Of a DNA stretch of 64,000 nucleotides, positions 12,901 through 27,140 are shown in pieces (within the stretch, counting starts at the first letter, position 1; each line of letters opens with the position of its first letter). Position numbers and translations under genes: made by a program. Location: assembly GCA_964247055.1 (NCBI GenBank), contig OZ176051.1, forward strand, positions 682,001-746,000, read 5' to 3'. The notes under the pieces are model-generated. The model searched no databases. It saw nothing but the letters and a program-made list of their open reading frames with translations, and was not told the DNA's origin. Origin of the DNA: Paragordius varius (Eukaryota; Animalia; Nematomorpha).

Positions 12901-14139
12901 GATATTGGTCACCGGTGAACAAAACTATTTTTTATACCGTCTCTTAGTAAGACTACATCAAAATATAGAGATAGTTTGACAAACTCTTTCATATCCGATT
13001 TTTACAACGATACTTTAAAAATTAATGTATAAAACTAGTCGTATCAATAAATCGCATCAATACTCAAGTTAAACTTTCTCCTTAAAAATTATTGGTCACC
13101 GGTGAACAAAATTATTTTTTATACATTCTCTTAGTAAGACTACATCAAAATATAGAGATAGTTTGACAAACTCTTTCATATCCGATTTTTACAACGATAC
13201 TTTAAAAATTAATGTGTTAAACTAGTCGCATCAATACTCAAGTTAAACTTTGTCCTCAAAAATCAGATATTGGTCATAGGTGAACAAAATTATTTTTTAT
13301 ACATTCTCTTAGTAAGACTACATCAAAATATAGAGATAGTTTGACAAACTCTTTTATATCCGATTTTTACAACGATACTTTAAAAATTAATGTGTTAAAC
13401 TAGTCGCATCAATACTCAAGTTAAACTTTGTCCTCAAAAATCAGATATTGGTCATAGGTGAACAAAATTATTTTTTATACATTCTCTTAGTAAGACTACA
13501 TCAAAATATAGAGATAGTTTTACAAACTCTTTTATATCCGATTTTTACAACGATACTTTAAAAATTAATGTGTTAAACTAGTCGCATCAATACTAAAGTT
13601 AAACTTTGTCCTTAAAAATCGGATATTGGTCACCGGTGAACAAAATTATTTTTTATACATTCTCTTAGTAAGACTGCATCAAAATATAGAGATAATTTGA
13701 CAAACTCTTTCATATCCGATTTTTACAACGATACTTTAAAAATTAATGTATAAAACTAGGAGTATCAATTAATCGCATCATTACTCAAGTTAAACTTTGT
13801 CCTTAAAAATCGAATATTGGTCACCGGTGAACAAAATTATTTTTTATACATTCTCTTAGTAAGACTACATCAAAATATAGAGATAGTTTGACAAACTCTT
13901 TCATATCCGATTTTTACAACGATACTTTAAAAATTAATGTATAAAACTAGGCGTATCAATTAATCGCATCATTACTCAAGTTAAACTTTGTCCTTAAAAA
14001 TCGAATATTGGTCACCGGTGAACAAAATTATTTTTTATACATTCTCTTAGTAAGACTACATCAAAATATAGAGATAGTTTGACAAACTCTTTCATATCCG
14101 ATTTTTACAACGATACTTTAAAAATTAATGTGTTAAACT

Positions 14140-17100
14140 AGTCGCATCAATACTCAAGTTATACTTTGTCCTTAAAAATCGGATATTCGTCACCGGTGAA
14201 CAAAATTATTTTTTATACATTCTCTTAGTAAGACTACATCAAAATATAGAGATAGTTTGGCAAACTGTTTCATATCCGATTTTTACAACGATACTTTAAA
14301 AATTAATGTATAAAACTAGTCGCATCAATACTCAAGTTAAACTTTGTCCTTAAAAATCGAATATTGGTCACCGGTGAACAAAATTATTTTTTATACATTC
14401 TCTTAGTAAGACTACATCAAAATATAGAGATAGTTTGACAAACTCTTTCATAGCCGATTTTTACAACGATACTGTAAAAATTAATGTATAAAACTAGTCG
14501 CATCAATACTCAAGTTAAACTTTGTCCTTAAAAATCGGATATGGGTCACCGGTGAACAAAATTATTTTTTATACATTCTCTTAGCAAGACTACATCAAAA
14601 TATAGAGATAGTTTGACAAACTCTTTCATATCCGATTTTTACAACGATACTTTAAAAATTAATGTGTTGAACTAGTCGCATCAATACTCAAGTTATACTT
14701 TGTCCTTAAAAATCTGATATTCGTCACCGGTGAACAAAATTATTTTTTATACATTCTCTTAGTAAGACTACATCAAAATATAGAGATAGTTTGACAAACT
14801 CTTTCATATCCGATTTTTACAACGATACTTTAACAATTATGGTATTAAACCAGTCGCATCAATACTCAAGTTAAACTTTGTCCTTAAAAATCGGATATTG
14901 GTCACCGGTGAACAACATTATTTTTTATACATTCTCTTAGTAAGACTACATCAAAATATAGAGATAGTTTGACAAACTCTTTCATATCCGATTTTTACAA
15001 CGATACTTTAAAAATTATGGTATTAAACCAGTCGCATCAATACTCAAGTTAAACTTTGTCCTTAAAAATCGGATATTGGTCACCGGTGAACAAAATTATT
15101 TTTTATACATTCTCTTAGTAAGACTACATCAAAATATAGAGATAGTTTGACAAACTCTTTCATATCCGATTTTTACAACGATACTTTAAAAATTATGGTA
15201 TTAAACTAGTCGCATCAATACACAAGTTAAACTTTTTCCTTAAAAATCGGATATTGGTCACCGGTGAACAAAATTATTTTTTATACATTCTCTTAGTAAG
15301 ACTACATCAAAATATAGAGATAGTTTGACAAACTCTTTCATATCCGATTTTTACAACGATACTTTAAAAATTATGGTATTAAACCATATGCATCAATACT
15401 CAAGTTAAACTTTGTCCTTAAAAATCGGATATTGGTCACCGGTGAACAAAATAATTTTTTATACATTCTCTTAGTAAGACTACATCAAAATATAGAGATA
15501 ATTTGACAAACTCTTTCATATCCGATTTTTACAACGATACTTTAAAAATTATGGTATTAAACCTGTCGCATCAATACTCAAGTTAAACTTTGTCCTTAAA
15601 AATCAGATATTGATCACCGGTGAACAAAATAATTTTTTATACATTCTCTTAGTAAGACTACATATAAAAATATAGAGATAGTTTGACAAACTCTTTCATA
15701 TCCGATTTTTACAACGATACTTTAAAAATTATGGTATTAAACCATATGCATCAATACTCAAGTTAAACTTTGTCCTTAAAAATCGGATATTGGTCACCGG
15801 TGAACAAAATTATTTTTTATACATTCTCTTAGTAAGACTACATCAAAATATAGAGATAATTTGACAAACTCTTTCATATCCGATTTTTACAACGATACTT
15901 TAAAAATTAATGTATAAAACTAGGCGTATCAATTAATCGCATCAATACTCAAGTTATACTTTGTCCTTAAAAATCGGATATTCGTCACCGGTGAACAAAA
16001 TTATTTTTTATACATTCTCTTAGTAAGACTACATCAAAATATAGAGATAGTTTGGCAAACTGTTTCATATCCGATTTTTACAACGATACTTTAAAAATTA
16101 ATGTATAAAACTAGTCGCATCAATACTCAAGTTAAACTTTGTCCTTAAAAATCGAATATTGGTCACCGGTGAACAAAATTATTTTTTATACATTCTCTTA
16201 GTAAGACTACATCAAAATATAGAGATAGTTTGACAAACTCTTTCATAGCCGATTTTTACAACGATACTGTAAAAATTAATGTATAAAACTAGTCGCATCA
16301 ATACTCAAGTTAAACTTTGTCCTTAAAAATCGGATATGGGTCACCGGTGAACAAAATTATTTTTTATACATTCTCTTAGCAAGACTACATCAAAATATAG
16401 AGATAGTTTGACAAACTCTTTCATATCCGATTTTTACAACGATACTTTAAAAATTAATGTGTTGAACTAGTCGCATCAATACTCAAGTTATACTTTGTCC
16501 TTAAAAATCTGATATTCGTCACCGGTGAACAAAATTATTTTTTATACATTCTCTTAGTAAGACTACATCAAAATATAGAGATAGTTTGACAAACTCTTTC
16601 ATATCCGATTTTTACAACGATACTTTAACAATTATGGTATTAAACCAGTCGCATCAATACTCAAGTTAAACTTTGTCCTTAAAAATCGGATATTGGTCAC
16701 CGGTGAACAACATTATTTTTTATACATTCTCTTAGTAAGACTACATCAAAATATAGAGATAGTTTGACAAACTCTTTCATATCCGATTTTTACAACGATA
16801 CTTTAAAAATTATGGTATTAAACCAGTCGCATCAATACTCAAGTTAAACTTTGTCCTTAAAAATCGGATATTGGTCACCGGTGAACAAAATTATTTTTTA
16901 TACATTCTCTTAGTAAGACTACATCAAAATATAGACATAGTTTGACAAACTCTTTCATATCCGATTTTTACAACGATACTTTAAAAATTATGGTATTAAA
17001 CTAGTCGCATCAATACACAAGTTAAACTTTTTCCTTAAAAATCGGATATTGGTCACCGGTGAACAAAATTATTTTTTATACATTCTCTTAGTAAGACTAC

Positions 17101-17750
17101 ATCAAAATATAGAGATAGTTTGACAAACTCTTTCATATCCGATTTTTACAACGATACTTTAAAAATTATGGTATTAAACCATATGCATCAATACTCAAGT
17201 TAAACTTTGTCCTTAAAAATCGGATATTGGTCACCGGTGAACAAAATAATTTTTTATACATTCTCTTAGTAAGACTACATCAAAATATAGAGATAATTTG
17301 ACAAACTCTTTCATATCCGATTTTTACAACGATACTTTAAAAATTATGGTATTAAACCTGTCGCATCAATACTCAAGTTAAACTTTGTCCTTAAAAATCA
17401 GATATTGATCACCGGTGAACAAAATAATTTTTTATACATTCTCTTAGTAAGACTACATATAAAAATATAGAGATAGTTTGACAAACTCTTTCATATCCGA
17501 TTTTTACAACGATACTTTAAAAATTATGGTATTAAACCATATGCATCAATACTCAAGTTAAACTTTGTCCTTAAAAATCGGATATTGGTCACCGGTGAAC
17601 AAAATTATTTTTTATACATTCTCTTAGTAAGACTACATCAAAATATAGAGATAATTTGACAAACTCTTTCATATCCGATTTTTACAACGATACTTTAAAA
17701 ATTAATGTATAAAACTAGGCGTATCAATTAATCGCATCAATACTCAAGTT
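14140..17750 (+). repeat. Local 10-mer higher-order repeat, 1795 bp, 2 near-identical copies
   Basis: tagcc 14451/16246 and atact 14161/15956; atgggtc, ttagcaag, gttgaac, ttaacaatt, cacaag and cctgtc also recur at +1795. 9x178+191+2=1795. Confidence 0.9.
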
Positions 17751-19711
17751 AAACTTTGTCCTTAAAAATCGGATATTGGTCACCGGTGAACAAAATTATT
17801 TTTTATACATTCTCTTAGTAAGACTACATCAAAATATAGAGATAGTTTGGCAAACTGTTTCATATCCGATTTTTACAACGATACTTTAAAAATTAATGTA
17901 TAAAACTAGTCGTATCAATAAATCGCATCAATACTCAAGTTAAACTTTCTCCTTAAAAATCGGATATTGATCACCGGTGAACAAAATTATTTTTTATACA
18001 TTCTCTTAGTAGGACTACATCAAAATATAGACATACTTTGGCAAACTCTTTCATATCCGATTTTTACAACGATACTTTAAAAATTATCGTATTAAACCAG
18101 TCGCATCAATACTCAAGTTAAACTTTGTCGTTAAAAATCAGATATTGGTCACCGGTGAACAAAATAATTTTTTACACATTCTCTTAGTAAGACTACATAT
18201 AAAAATATAGAGATAGTTTGACAAACTCTTTCATATCCGATTTTTACAACGATACTTTAAAAATTATGGTATTAAACCATATGCATCAATACTCAAGTTA
18301 AACTTTGTATATAAAAATCGGATATTTATCACCGGTGAACAAAATTATTTTTTATACATTCTCTTAGTAAGACTACATCAAAATATAGAGATAGTTTGAC
18401 AAACTCTTTCATATCCGATTTTTACAAAGATACTTTAAAAATTATGGTATTAAACCAGTCGCATCAATACTCAAGTTAAACTTTGTCCTTAAAAATCGGA
18501 TATTGGTCACCGGTGAACAAAACTATTTTTTTTACATTCTCTTAGTAAGACTACATCAAAATATAGAGATTATTTGACAAACTCTTTCATATCCGATTTT
18601 TACAACGATACTTTAAAAATTAATGTATAAAACTAGTCGCATCAATACTCAAGTTAAATTGTCCTTAAAAATCGGATATTGGTCACCGGTGAACAAAATT
18701 ATATTTTATATATTCTCTTAGAAAGACTACATCAAAATATAGAGATAATTTGACAAACTCTTTCATATCCGATTTTTACAACGATAATTTAAAAATTAAT
18801 GTATAAAACTAGGCGTATCAATTAATCGCATCAATACTCAAGTTAAACTTTGTGCTTAAAAATCGAATATTGGTCACCGGTGAACAAAATTATTTTTTAT
18901 ACATTCTCTTAGTAAGACTACATCAAAATATAGAAATAGTTTGACAAACTCTTTCTTATCCGATTTTTGCAACGATACTTTAAAAATTAATGTATTAAAG
19001 TAGTCGCATCAATACTCAAGCTAAAACATTGTCCTTAAAAATCGGATATTGGTCACCGGTGAACAAAACTATTTTTTATACCGCCTCTTAGTAAGACTAC
19101 ATCAAAATATAGAGATAGTTTGACAAACTCTTTCATATCCGATTTTTACAACGATACTTTAAAAATTAATGTATAAAACTAGTCGTATAAATAAATCGCA
19201 TCATTACTCAAGTTAAACTTTCTCCTTAAAAATCGGATATTGGTCACCGGTGAACAAAATTATTTTTTATACATTCTCTTAGTAAGACTACATCAAAATA
19301 TAGAGATAGTTTGACAAACTCTTTCATATCCGATTTTTACAACGATACTTTAAAAATTAATGTATAAAACTAGTCGTATCAATAAATCGCATCAATACTC
19401 AAGTTAAACTTTCTCCTTAAAAATCGGATATTGATCACCGGTGAACAAAATTATTTTTTATTCATTCTCTTAGTAGAATACATCAAAATATAGAGATAGT
19501 TTGGCAAACTCTTTCATATCCGATTTTTACAACGATACTTTAAAAATTATGGTATTAAACCAGTCGCATCAATACTCAAGTTAAACTTTGTCCTTAAAAA
19601 TCAGATATTGGTCACCGGTGAACAAAATAACTTTTTATACATTCTCTTAGTAAGACTACATATAAAAATATAGAGATAGTTTGACAAACTCTTTCATATC
19701 CGATTTTTACG

Positions 19712-22700
19712 ACGATACTTTAAAAATTATGGTATTAAACCAGTCGCATCAATACTCAAGTTAAACTTTCTCCTTAAAAATCGGATATTGGTCACCGGTG
19801 AACAAAATTATTTTTTATACATTCTCTTAGTAAGACTACATCAAAATATAGAGATAGTTTGACAAACTCTTTCATATCCGATTTTTACAACGATACTTTA
19901 AAAATTAATGTATAAAAGTAGTCGCATCAATACTCAAGTTAAACTTTGTCCTTAAAAATCGGATATTGGTCACCGGTGAACAAAATTATTTTTTATACAT
20001 TCTCTTAGTAAGACTACATCAAAATATAGAGATAATTTAACAAACTCTTTCATATCCGATTTTTACAACGATACTTTAAAAATTAATGTATAAAACTAGG
20101 CGTATCAATAAATCGCATCAATACTCAAGTTAAACTTTCTCCTTAAAAATCGGATATTGGTCACCGGTGAACAAAATTATTTTTTATACATTCTCTTAGT
20201 AGGACTACATCAAAATATAGAGATAGTTTGACAAACTCTTTCATATCCGATTTTTACAACGATACTTTAAAAATTATGGTATTAAACCAGTCGCATCAAT
20301 ACTCAAGTTAAACTTTGTCCTTAAAAATCGGATATTGGTCACCGGTGAACAAAATTATTTTTTATACATTCTCTTAGTAAGACTACATCAAAATATAGAG
20401 ATAGTTTGACAAACTCTTTCATATCCGATTTTTACAACGATACTTTAAAAATTAATGTATAAAACTAGTCGTATCAATAAATCGCATCAATACTCAAGTT
20501 AAACTTTCTCGTTAAAAATCGGATATTGATCACCGGTGAACAATTATACATTCTCTTAGTAGGACTACATCAAAATATAGAGATAGTTTGGCAAACTCTT
20601 TCATATCCGATTTTTACAACGATACTTTAAAAATTATGGTATTAAACCAGTCGCATCAATACTCAAGTTGAACTTTGTCCTTAAAAATCGGATATTGGTC
20701 ACCGGTGAACAAAACTATTTTTTTTACATTCTCTTAGTAAGACTACATCAAAATATAGAGATTATTAGACAAACTCTTTCATATCCGATTCAACGATACT
20801 TTAAAAATTAATGTATAAAACTAGTCGCATCAATACTCAAGTTAAACTTTGTCCTTAAAAATCGCATTGTTCACCGGTGAACAAAATTATTTTTTATACA
20901 TTCTCTTAGTAAGACTACATCAAAATATAGAGATAATTTGACAAACTCTTTCATATCCGATTTTTACAACGATACTTTAAAAATTAATGTATAAAACTAG
21001 GCGTATCAATTAATCGCATCAATACTCAAGTTAAACTTTGTCCTTAAAAATCGGATATTGGTCACCGGTGAACAAAATTATTTTTTATACATTCTCTTAG
21101 TAGGACTACATCAAAAAATAGAGATAGTTTGGCAAACTGTTTCATATCCGATTTTTACAACGATACTTTAAAAATTAATGTATAAAACTAGTCGTATCAA
21201 TAAATCGCATCAATACTCAAGTTAAACTTTCTCCTTAAAAATCGGATATTGATCACCGGTGAACAAAATTATTTTTTATACATTCTCTTAGTAGGACTAC
21301 ATCAAAATATAGAGATAGTTTGGCAAACTCTTTCATATCCGATTTTTACAACGATACTTTAAAAATTATGGTATTAAACCAGTCGCATCAATACTCAAGT
21401 TAAACTTTGTCGTTAAAAATCAGATATTGGTCACCGGTGAACAAAATAATTTTTTACACATTCTCTTAGTAAGACTACATATAAAAATATAGAGATAGTT
21501 TGACAAACTCTTTCATATCCGATTTTTACAACGATACTTTAAAAATTATGGTATTAAACCATATGCATCAATACTCAAGTTAAACTTTGTCCTTAAAAAT
21601 CGGATATTGGTCACCGGTGAACAAAATTATTTTTTATACATTCTCTTAGTAAGACTACATCAAAATATAGAGATAGTTTGACAAACTCTTTCATATCCGA
21701 TTTTTACAACGATAATTTAAAAATTAATATATAAAACTAGGCGTATCAATAAATCGCATCAATACTCAAGTTAAACTTTCTCCTTAAAAATCGGATATTG
21801 GTCACCGGTGAACAAAATTATTTTTTATACATTCTCTTAGTAGGACTACATCAAAATATAGAGATAGTTTGACAAACTCTTTCATATCCGATTTTTACAA
21901 CGATACTTTAAAAATTATGGTATTAAACCAGTCGCATCAATACTCAAGTTAAACTTTCTCCTTAAAAATCGGATATTGGTCACCGGTGAACAAAATTATT
22001 TTTTATACATTCTCTTAGTAAGACTACATCAAAATATAGAGATAGTTTGACAAACTCTTTCATATCCGATTTTTACAACGATACTTTAAAAATTAATGTA
22101 TAAAAGTAGTCGCATCAATACTCAAGTTAAACTTTGTCCTTAAAAATCGGATATTGGTCACCGGTGAACAAAATTATTTTTTATACATTCTCTTAGTAAG
22201 ACTACATCAAAATATAGAGATAATTTAACAAACTCTTTCATATCCGATTTTTACAACGATACTTTAAAAATTAATGTATAAAACTAGGCGTATCAATAAA
22301 TCGCATCAATACTCAAGTTAAACTTTCTCCTTAAAAATCGGATATTGGTCACCGGTGAACAAAATTATTTTTTATACATTCTCTTAGTAGGACTACATCA
22401 AAATATAGAGATAGTTTGACAAACTCTTTCATATCCGATTTTTACAACGATACTTTAAAAATTATGGTATTAAACCAGTCGCATCAATACTCAAGTTAAA
22501 CTTTGTCCTTAAAAATCGGATATTGGTCACCGGTGAACAAAATTATTTTTTATACATTCTCTTAGTAAGACTACATCAAAATATAGAGATAGTTTGACAA
22601 ACTCTTTCATATCCGATTTTTACAACGATACTTTAAAAATTAATGTATAAAACTAGTCGTATCAATAAATCGCATCAATACTCAAGTTAAACTTTCTCGT

Positions 22701-24145
22701 TAAAAATCGGATATTGATCACCGGTGAACAATTATACATTCTCTTAGTAGGACTACATCAAAATATAGAGATAGTTTGGCAAACTCTTTCATATCCGATT
22801 TTTACAACGATACTTTAAAAATTATGGTATTAAACCAGTCGCATCAATACTCAAGTTGAACTTTGTCCTTAAAAATCGGATATTGGTCACCGGTGAACAA
22901 AACTATTTTTTTTACATTCTCTTAGTAAGACTACATCAAAATATAGAGATTATTAGACAAACTCTTTCATATCCGATTCAACGATACTTTAAAAATTAAT
23001 GTATAAAACTAGTCGCATCAATACTCAAGTTAAACTTTGTCCTTAAAAATCGCATTGTTCACCGGTGAACAAAATTATTTTTTATACATTCTCTTAGTAA
23101 GACTACATCAAAATATAGAGATAATTTGACAAACTCTTTCATATCCGATTTTTACAACGATACTTTAAAAATTAATGTATAAAACTAGGCGTATCAATTA
23201 ATCGCATCAATACTCAAGTTAAACTTTGTCCTTAAAAATCGGATATTGGTCACCGGTGAACAAAATTATTTTTTATACATTCTCTTAGTAGGACTACATC
23301 AAAAAATAGAGATAGTTTGGCAAACTGTTTCATATCCGATTTTTACAACGATACTTTAAAAATTAATGTATAAAACTAGTCGTATCAATAAATCGCATCA
23401 ATACTCAAGTTAAACTTTCTCCTTAAAAATCGGATATTGATCACCGGTGAACAAAATTATTTTTTATACATTCTCTTAGTAGGACTACATCAAAATATAG
23501 AGATAGTTTGGCAAACTCTTTCATATCCGATTTTTACAACGATACTTTAAAAATTATGGTATTAAACCAGTCGCATCAATACTCAAGTTAAACTTTGTCG
23601 TTAAAAATCAGATATTGGTCACCGGTGAACAAAATAATTTTTTACACATTCTCTTAGTAAGACTACATATAAAAATATAGAGATAGTTTGACAAACTCTT
23701 TCATATCCGATTTTTACAACGATACTTTAAAAATTATGGTATTAAACCATATGCATCAATACTCAAGTTAAACTTTGTCCTTAAAAATCGGATATTGGTC
23801 ACCGGTGAACAAAATTATTTTTTATACATTCTCTTAGTAAGACTACATCAAAATATAGAGATAGTTTGACAAACTCTTTCATATCCGATTTTTACAACGA
23901 TAATTTAAAAATTAATATATAAAACTAGGCGTATCAATAAATCGCATCAATACTCAAGTTAAACTTTCTCCTTAAAAATCGGATATTGGTCACCGGTGAA
24001 CAAAATTATTTTTTATACATTCTCTTAGTAGGACTACATCAAAATATAGAGATAGTTTGACAAACTCTTTCATATCCGATTTTTACAACGATACTTTAAA
24101 AATTATGGTATTAAACCAGTCGCATCAATACTCAAGTTAAACTTT
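19712..24145 (+). repeat. Local 12-mer higher-order repeat, 2188 bp, 2 near-identical copies
   Basis: aagta 19916/22104, 9-bp deletion 20543/22731, ttgttcacc 20867/23055, gtcgtt 21409/23597. Confidence 0.9.
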
Positions 24146-25689
24146 GTCCTTAAAAATCGGATATTGGTCACCGGTGAACAAAATTATTTTTTATACATTC
24201 TCTTAGTAAGACTACATCAAAATATAGAGATAGTTTGACAAACTCTTTCATATCCGATTTTTACAACGATACTTTAAAAATTAATGTATAAAACTAGTCG
24301 TATCAATAAATCGCATCAATACTCAAGTTAAACTTTCTCCTTAAAAATCGGATATTGATCACCGGTGAACAATTATACATTCTCTTAGTAGGACTACATC
24401 AAAATATAGAGATAGTTTGGCAAACTCTTTCATATCCGATTTTTACAACGATACTTTAAAAATTATGGTATTAAACCTCGCATCAATACTCAAGTTGAAC
24501 TTTGTCCTTAAAAATCGGATATTGGTCACCGGTGAACAAAACTATTTTTTTTACATTCTCTTAGTAAGACTACATCAAAATATAGAGATTATTAGACAAA
24601 CTCTTTCATATCCGATTTTTACAACGATACTTTAAAAATTAATGTATAAAACTAGTCGCATCAATACTCAAGTTAAACTTTGTCCTTAAAAATCGAATAT
24701 TGGTCACCGGTGAACAAAATTATTTTTTATACATTCTCTTAGTAAGACTACATCAAAATATAGAGATAATTTGACAAACTCTTTCATATCCGATTTTTAC
24801 AACGATACTTTAAAAATTAATGTATAAAACTAGGCGTATCAATTAATCGCATCAATACTCAAGTTAAACTTTGTCCTTAAAAATCGGATATTGGTCACCG
24901 GTGAACAAAATTATTTTTTATACATTCTCTTAGTAGGACTACATCAAAATATAGAGATAGTTTGGCAAACTGTTTCATATCCGATTTTTACAACGATACT
25001 TTAAAAATTAATGTATAAAACTAGTCGTATCAATGAATCGCATCAATACTCAAGTTAAACTTTCTCCTTAAAAATCGGATATTGATCACCGGTGAACAAA
25101 ATTATTTTTTATACATTCTCTTAGTAGGACTACATCAAAATATAGAGATAGTTTGGCAAACTCTTTCATATCCGATTTTTACAACGATACTTTAAAAATT
25201 ATGGTATTAAACCAGTCGCATCAATACTCAAGTTAAACTTTGTCGTTAAAAATCAGATATTGGTCACCGGTGAACAAAATAATTTTTTACACATTCTCTT
25301 AGTAAGACTACATATAAAAATATAGAGATAGTTTGACAAACTCTTTCATATCCGATTTTTACAACGATACTTTAAAAATTATGGTATTAAACCATATGCA
25401 TCAATACTCAAGTTAAACTTTGTCCTTAAAAATCGGATATTGGTCACCGGTGAACAAAATTATTTTTTATACATTCTCTTAGTAAGACTACATCAAAATA
25501 TAGAGATAGTTTGACAAACTCTTTCATATCCGATTTTTACAAAGATACTTTAAAAATTATGGTATTAAACCAGTCGCATCAATACTCAAGTTAAACTTTG
25601 TCCTTAAAAATCGGATATTGGTCACCGGTGAACAAAACTATTTTTTTTACATTCTCTTAGTAAGACTACATCAAAATATAGAGATTATT

Positions 25690-27140
25690 TGACAAACTCT
25701 TTCATATCCGATTTTTACAACGATACTTTAAAAATTAATGTATAAAACTAGTCGCATCAATACTCAAGTTAAACTTTGTCCTTAAAAATCGGATATTGGT
25801 CACCGGTGAACAAAATTATATTTTATACATTCTCTTAGTAAGACTACATCAAAATATAGAGATAATTTGACAAACTCTTTCATATCCGATTTTTACAACA
25901 ATAATTTAAAAATTAATGTATAAAACTAGGCGTATCAATTAATCGCATCAATACTCAAGTTAAACTTTGTGCTTAAAAATCGATTATTGGTCACCGGTGA
26001 ACAAAATTATTTTTTATACATTCTCTTAGTAAGACTACATCAAAATATAGAAATAGTTTGACAAACTCTTTCATATCCGATTTTTGCAACGATACTTTAA
26101 AAATTAATGTATTAAAGTAGTCGCATCAATACTCAAGCTAAAACATTGTCCTTAAAAATCGGATATTGGTCACCGGTGAACAAAACTATTTTTTATACCG
26201 TCTCTTAGTAAGACTACATCAAAATATAGAGATAGTTTGACAAACTCTTTCATATCCGATTTTTACAACGATACTTTAAAAATTAATGTATAAAACTAGT
26301 CGTATAAATAAATCGCATCATTACTCAAGTTAAACTTTCTCCTTAAAAATCGGATATTGGTCACCGGTGAACAAAATTATTTTTTATACATTCTCTTAGT
26401 AAGACTACATCAAAATATAGAGATAGTTTGACAAACTCTTTCATATCCGATTTTTACAACGATACTTTAAAAATTAATGTATAAAACTAGTCGCATCAAT
26501 ACTCAAGTTAAACTTTGTCCTTAAAAATCGGATATTGGTCACCGGTGAACAAAATTATATTTTATACATTCTCTTAGTAAGACTACATCAAAATATAGAG
26601 ATAATTTGACAAACTCTTTCATATCCGATTTTTACAACAATAATTTAAAAATTAATGTATAAAACTAGGCGTATCAATTAATCGCATCAATACTCAAGTT
26701 AAACTTTGTGCTTAAAAATCGATTATTGGTCACCGGTGAACAAAATTATTTTTTATACATTCTCTTAGTAAGACTACATCAAAATATAGAAATAGTTTGA
26801 CAAACTCTTTCATATCCGATTTTTGCAACGATACTTTAAAAATTAATGTATTAAAGTAGTCGCATCAATACTCAAGCTAAAACATTGTCCTTAAAAATCG
26901 GATATTGGTCACCGGTGAACAAAACTATTTTTTATACCGTCTCTTAGTAAGACTACATCAAAATATAGAGATAGTTTGACAAACTCTTTCATATCCGATT
27001 TTTACAACGATACTTTAAAAATTAATGTATAAAACTAGTCGTATAAATAAATCGCATCATTACTCAAGTTAAACTTTCTCCTTAAAAATCGGATATTGGT
27101 CACCGGTGAACAAAATTATTTTTTATACATTCTCTTAGTA
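25690..27140 (+). repeat. Local tetramer duplication, 739 bp, about 2 copies
   Basis: ataattt 25901/26640 and aagtag 26115/26854. 191+179+191+178=739. Confidence 0.85.

Noticed and set aside
24417-24635. 72-aa ORF, identical at 27527-27745 and 29720-29938
   Set aside because: It is a translation of the satellite. It starts at a TTG, stays open because of a 2-bp deletion (aaacctcg) and local stop-removing variants, and repeats its own peptide. The identical copies simply follow the 3110- and 2193-bp duplications.
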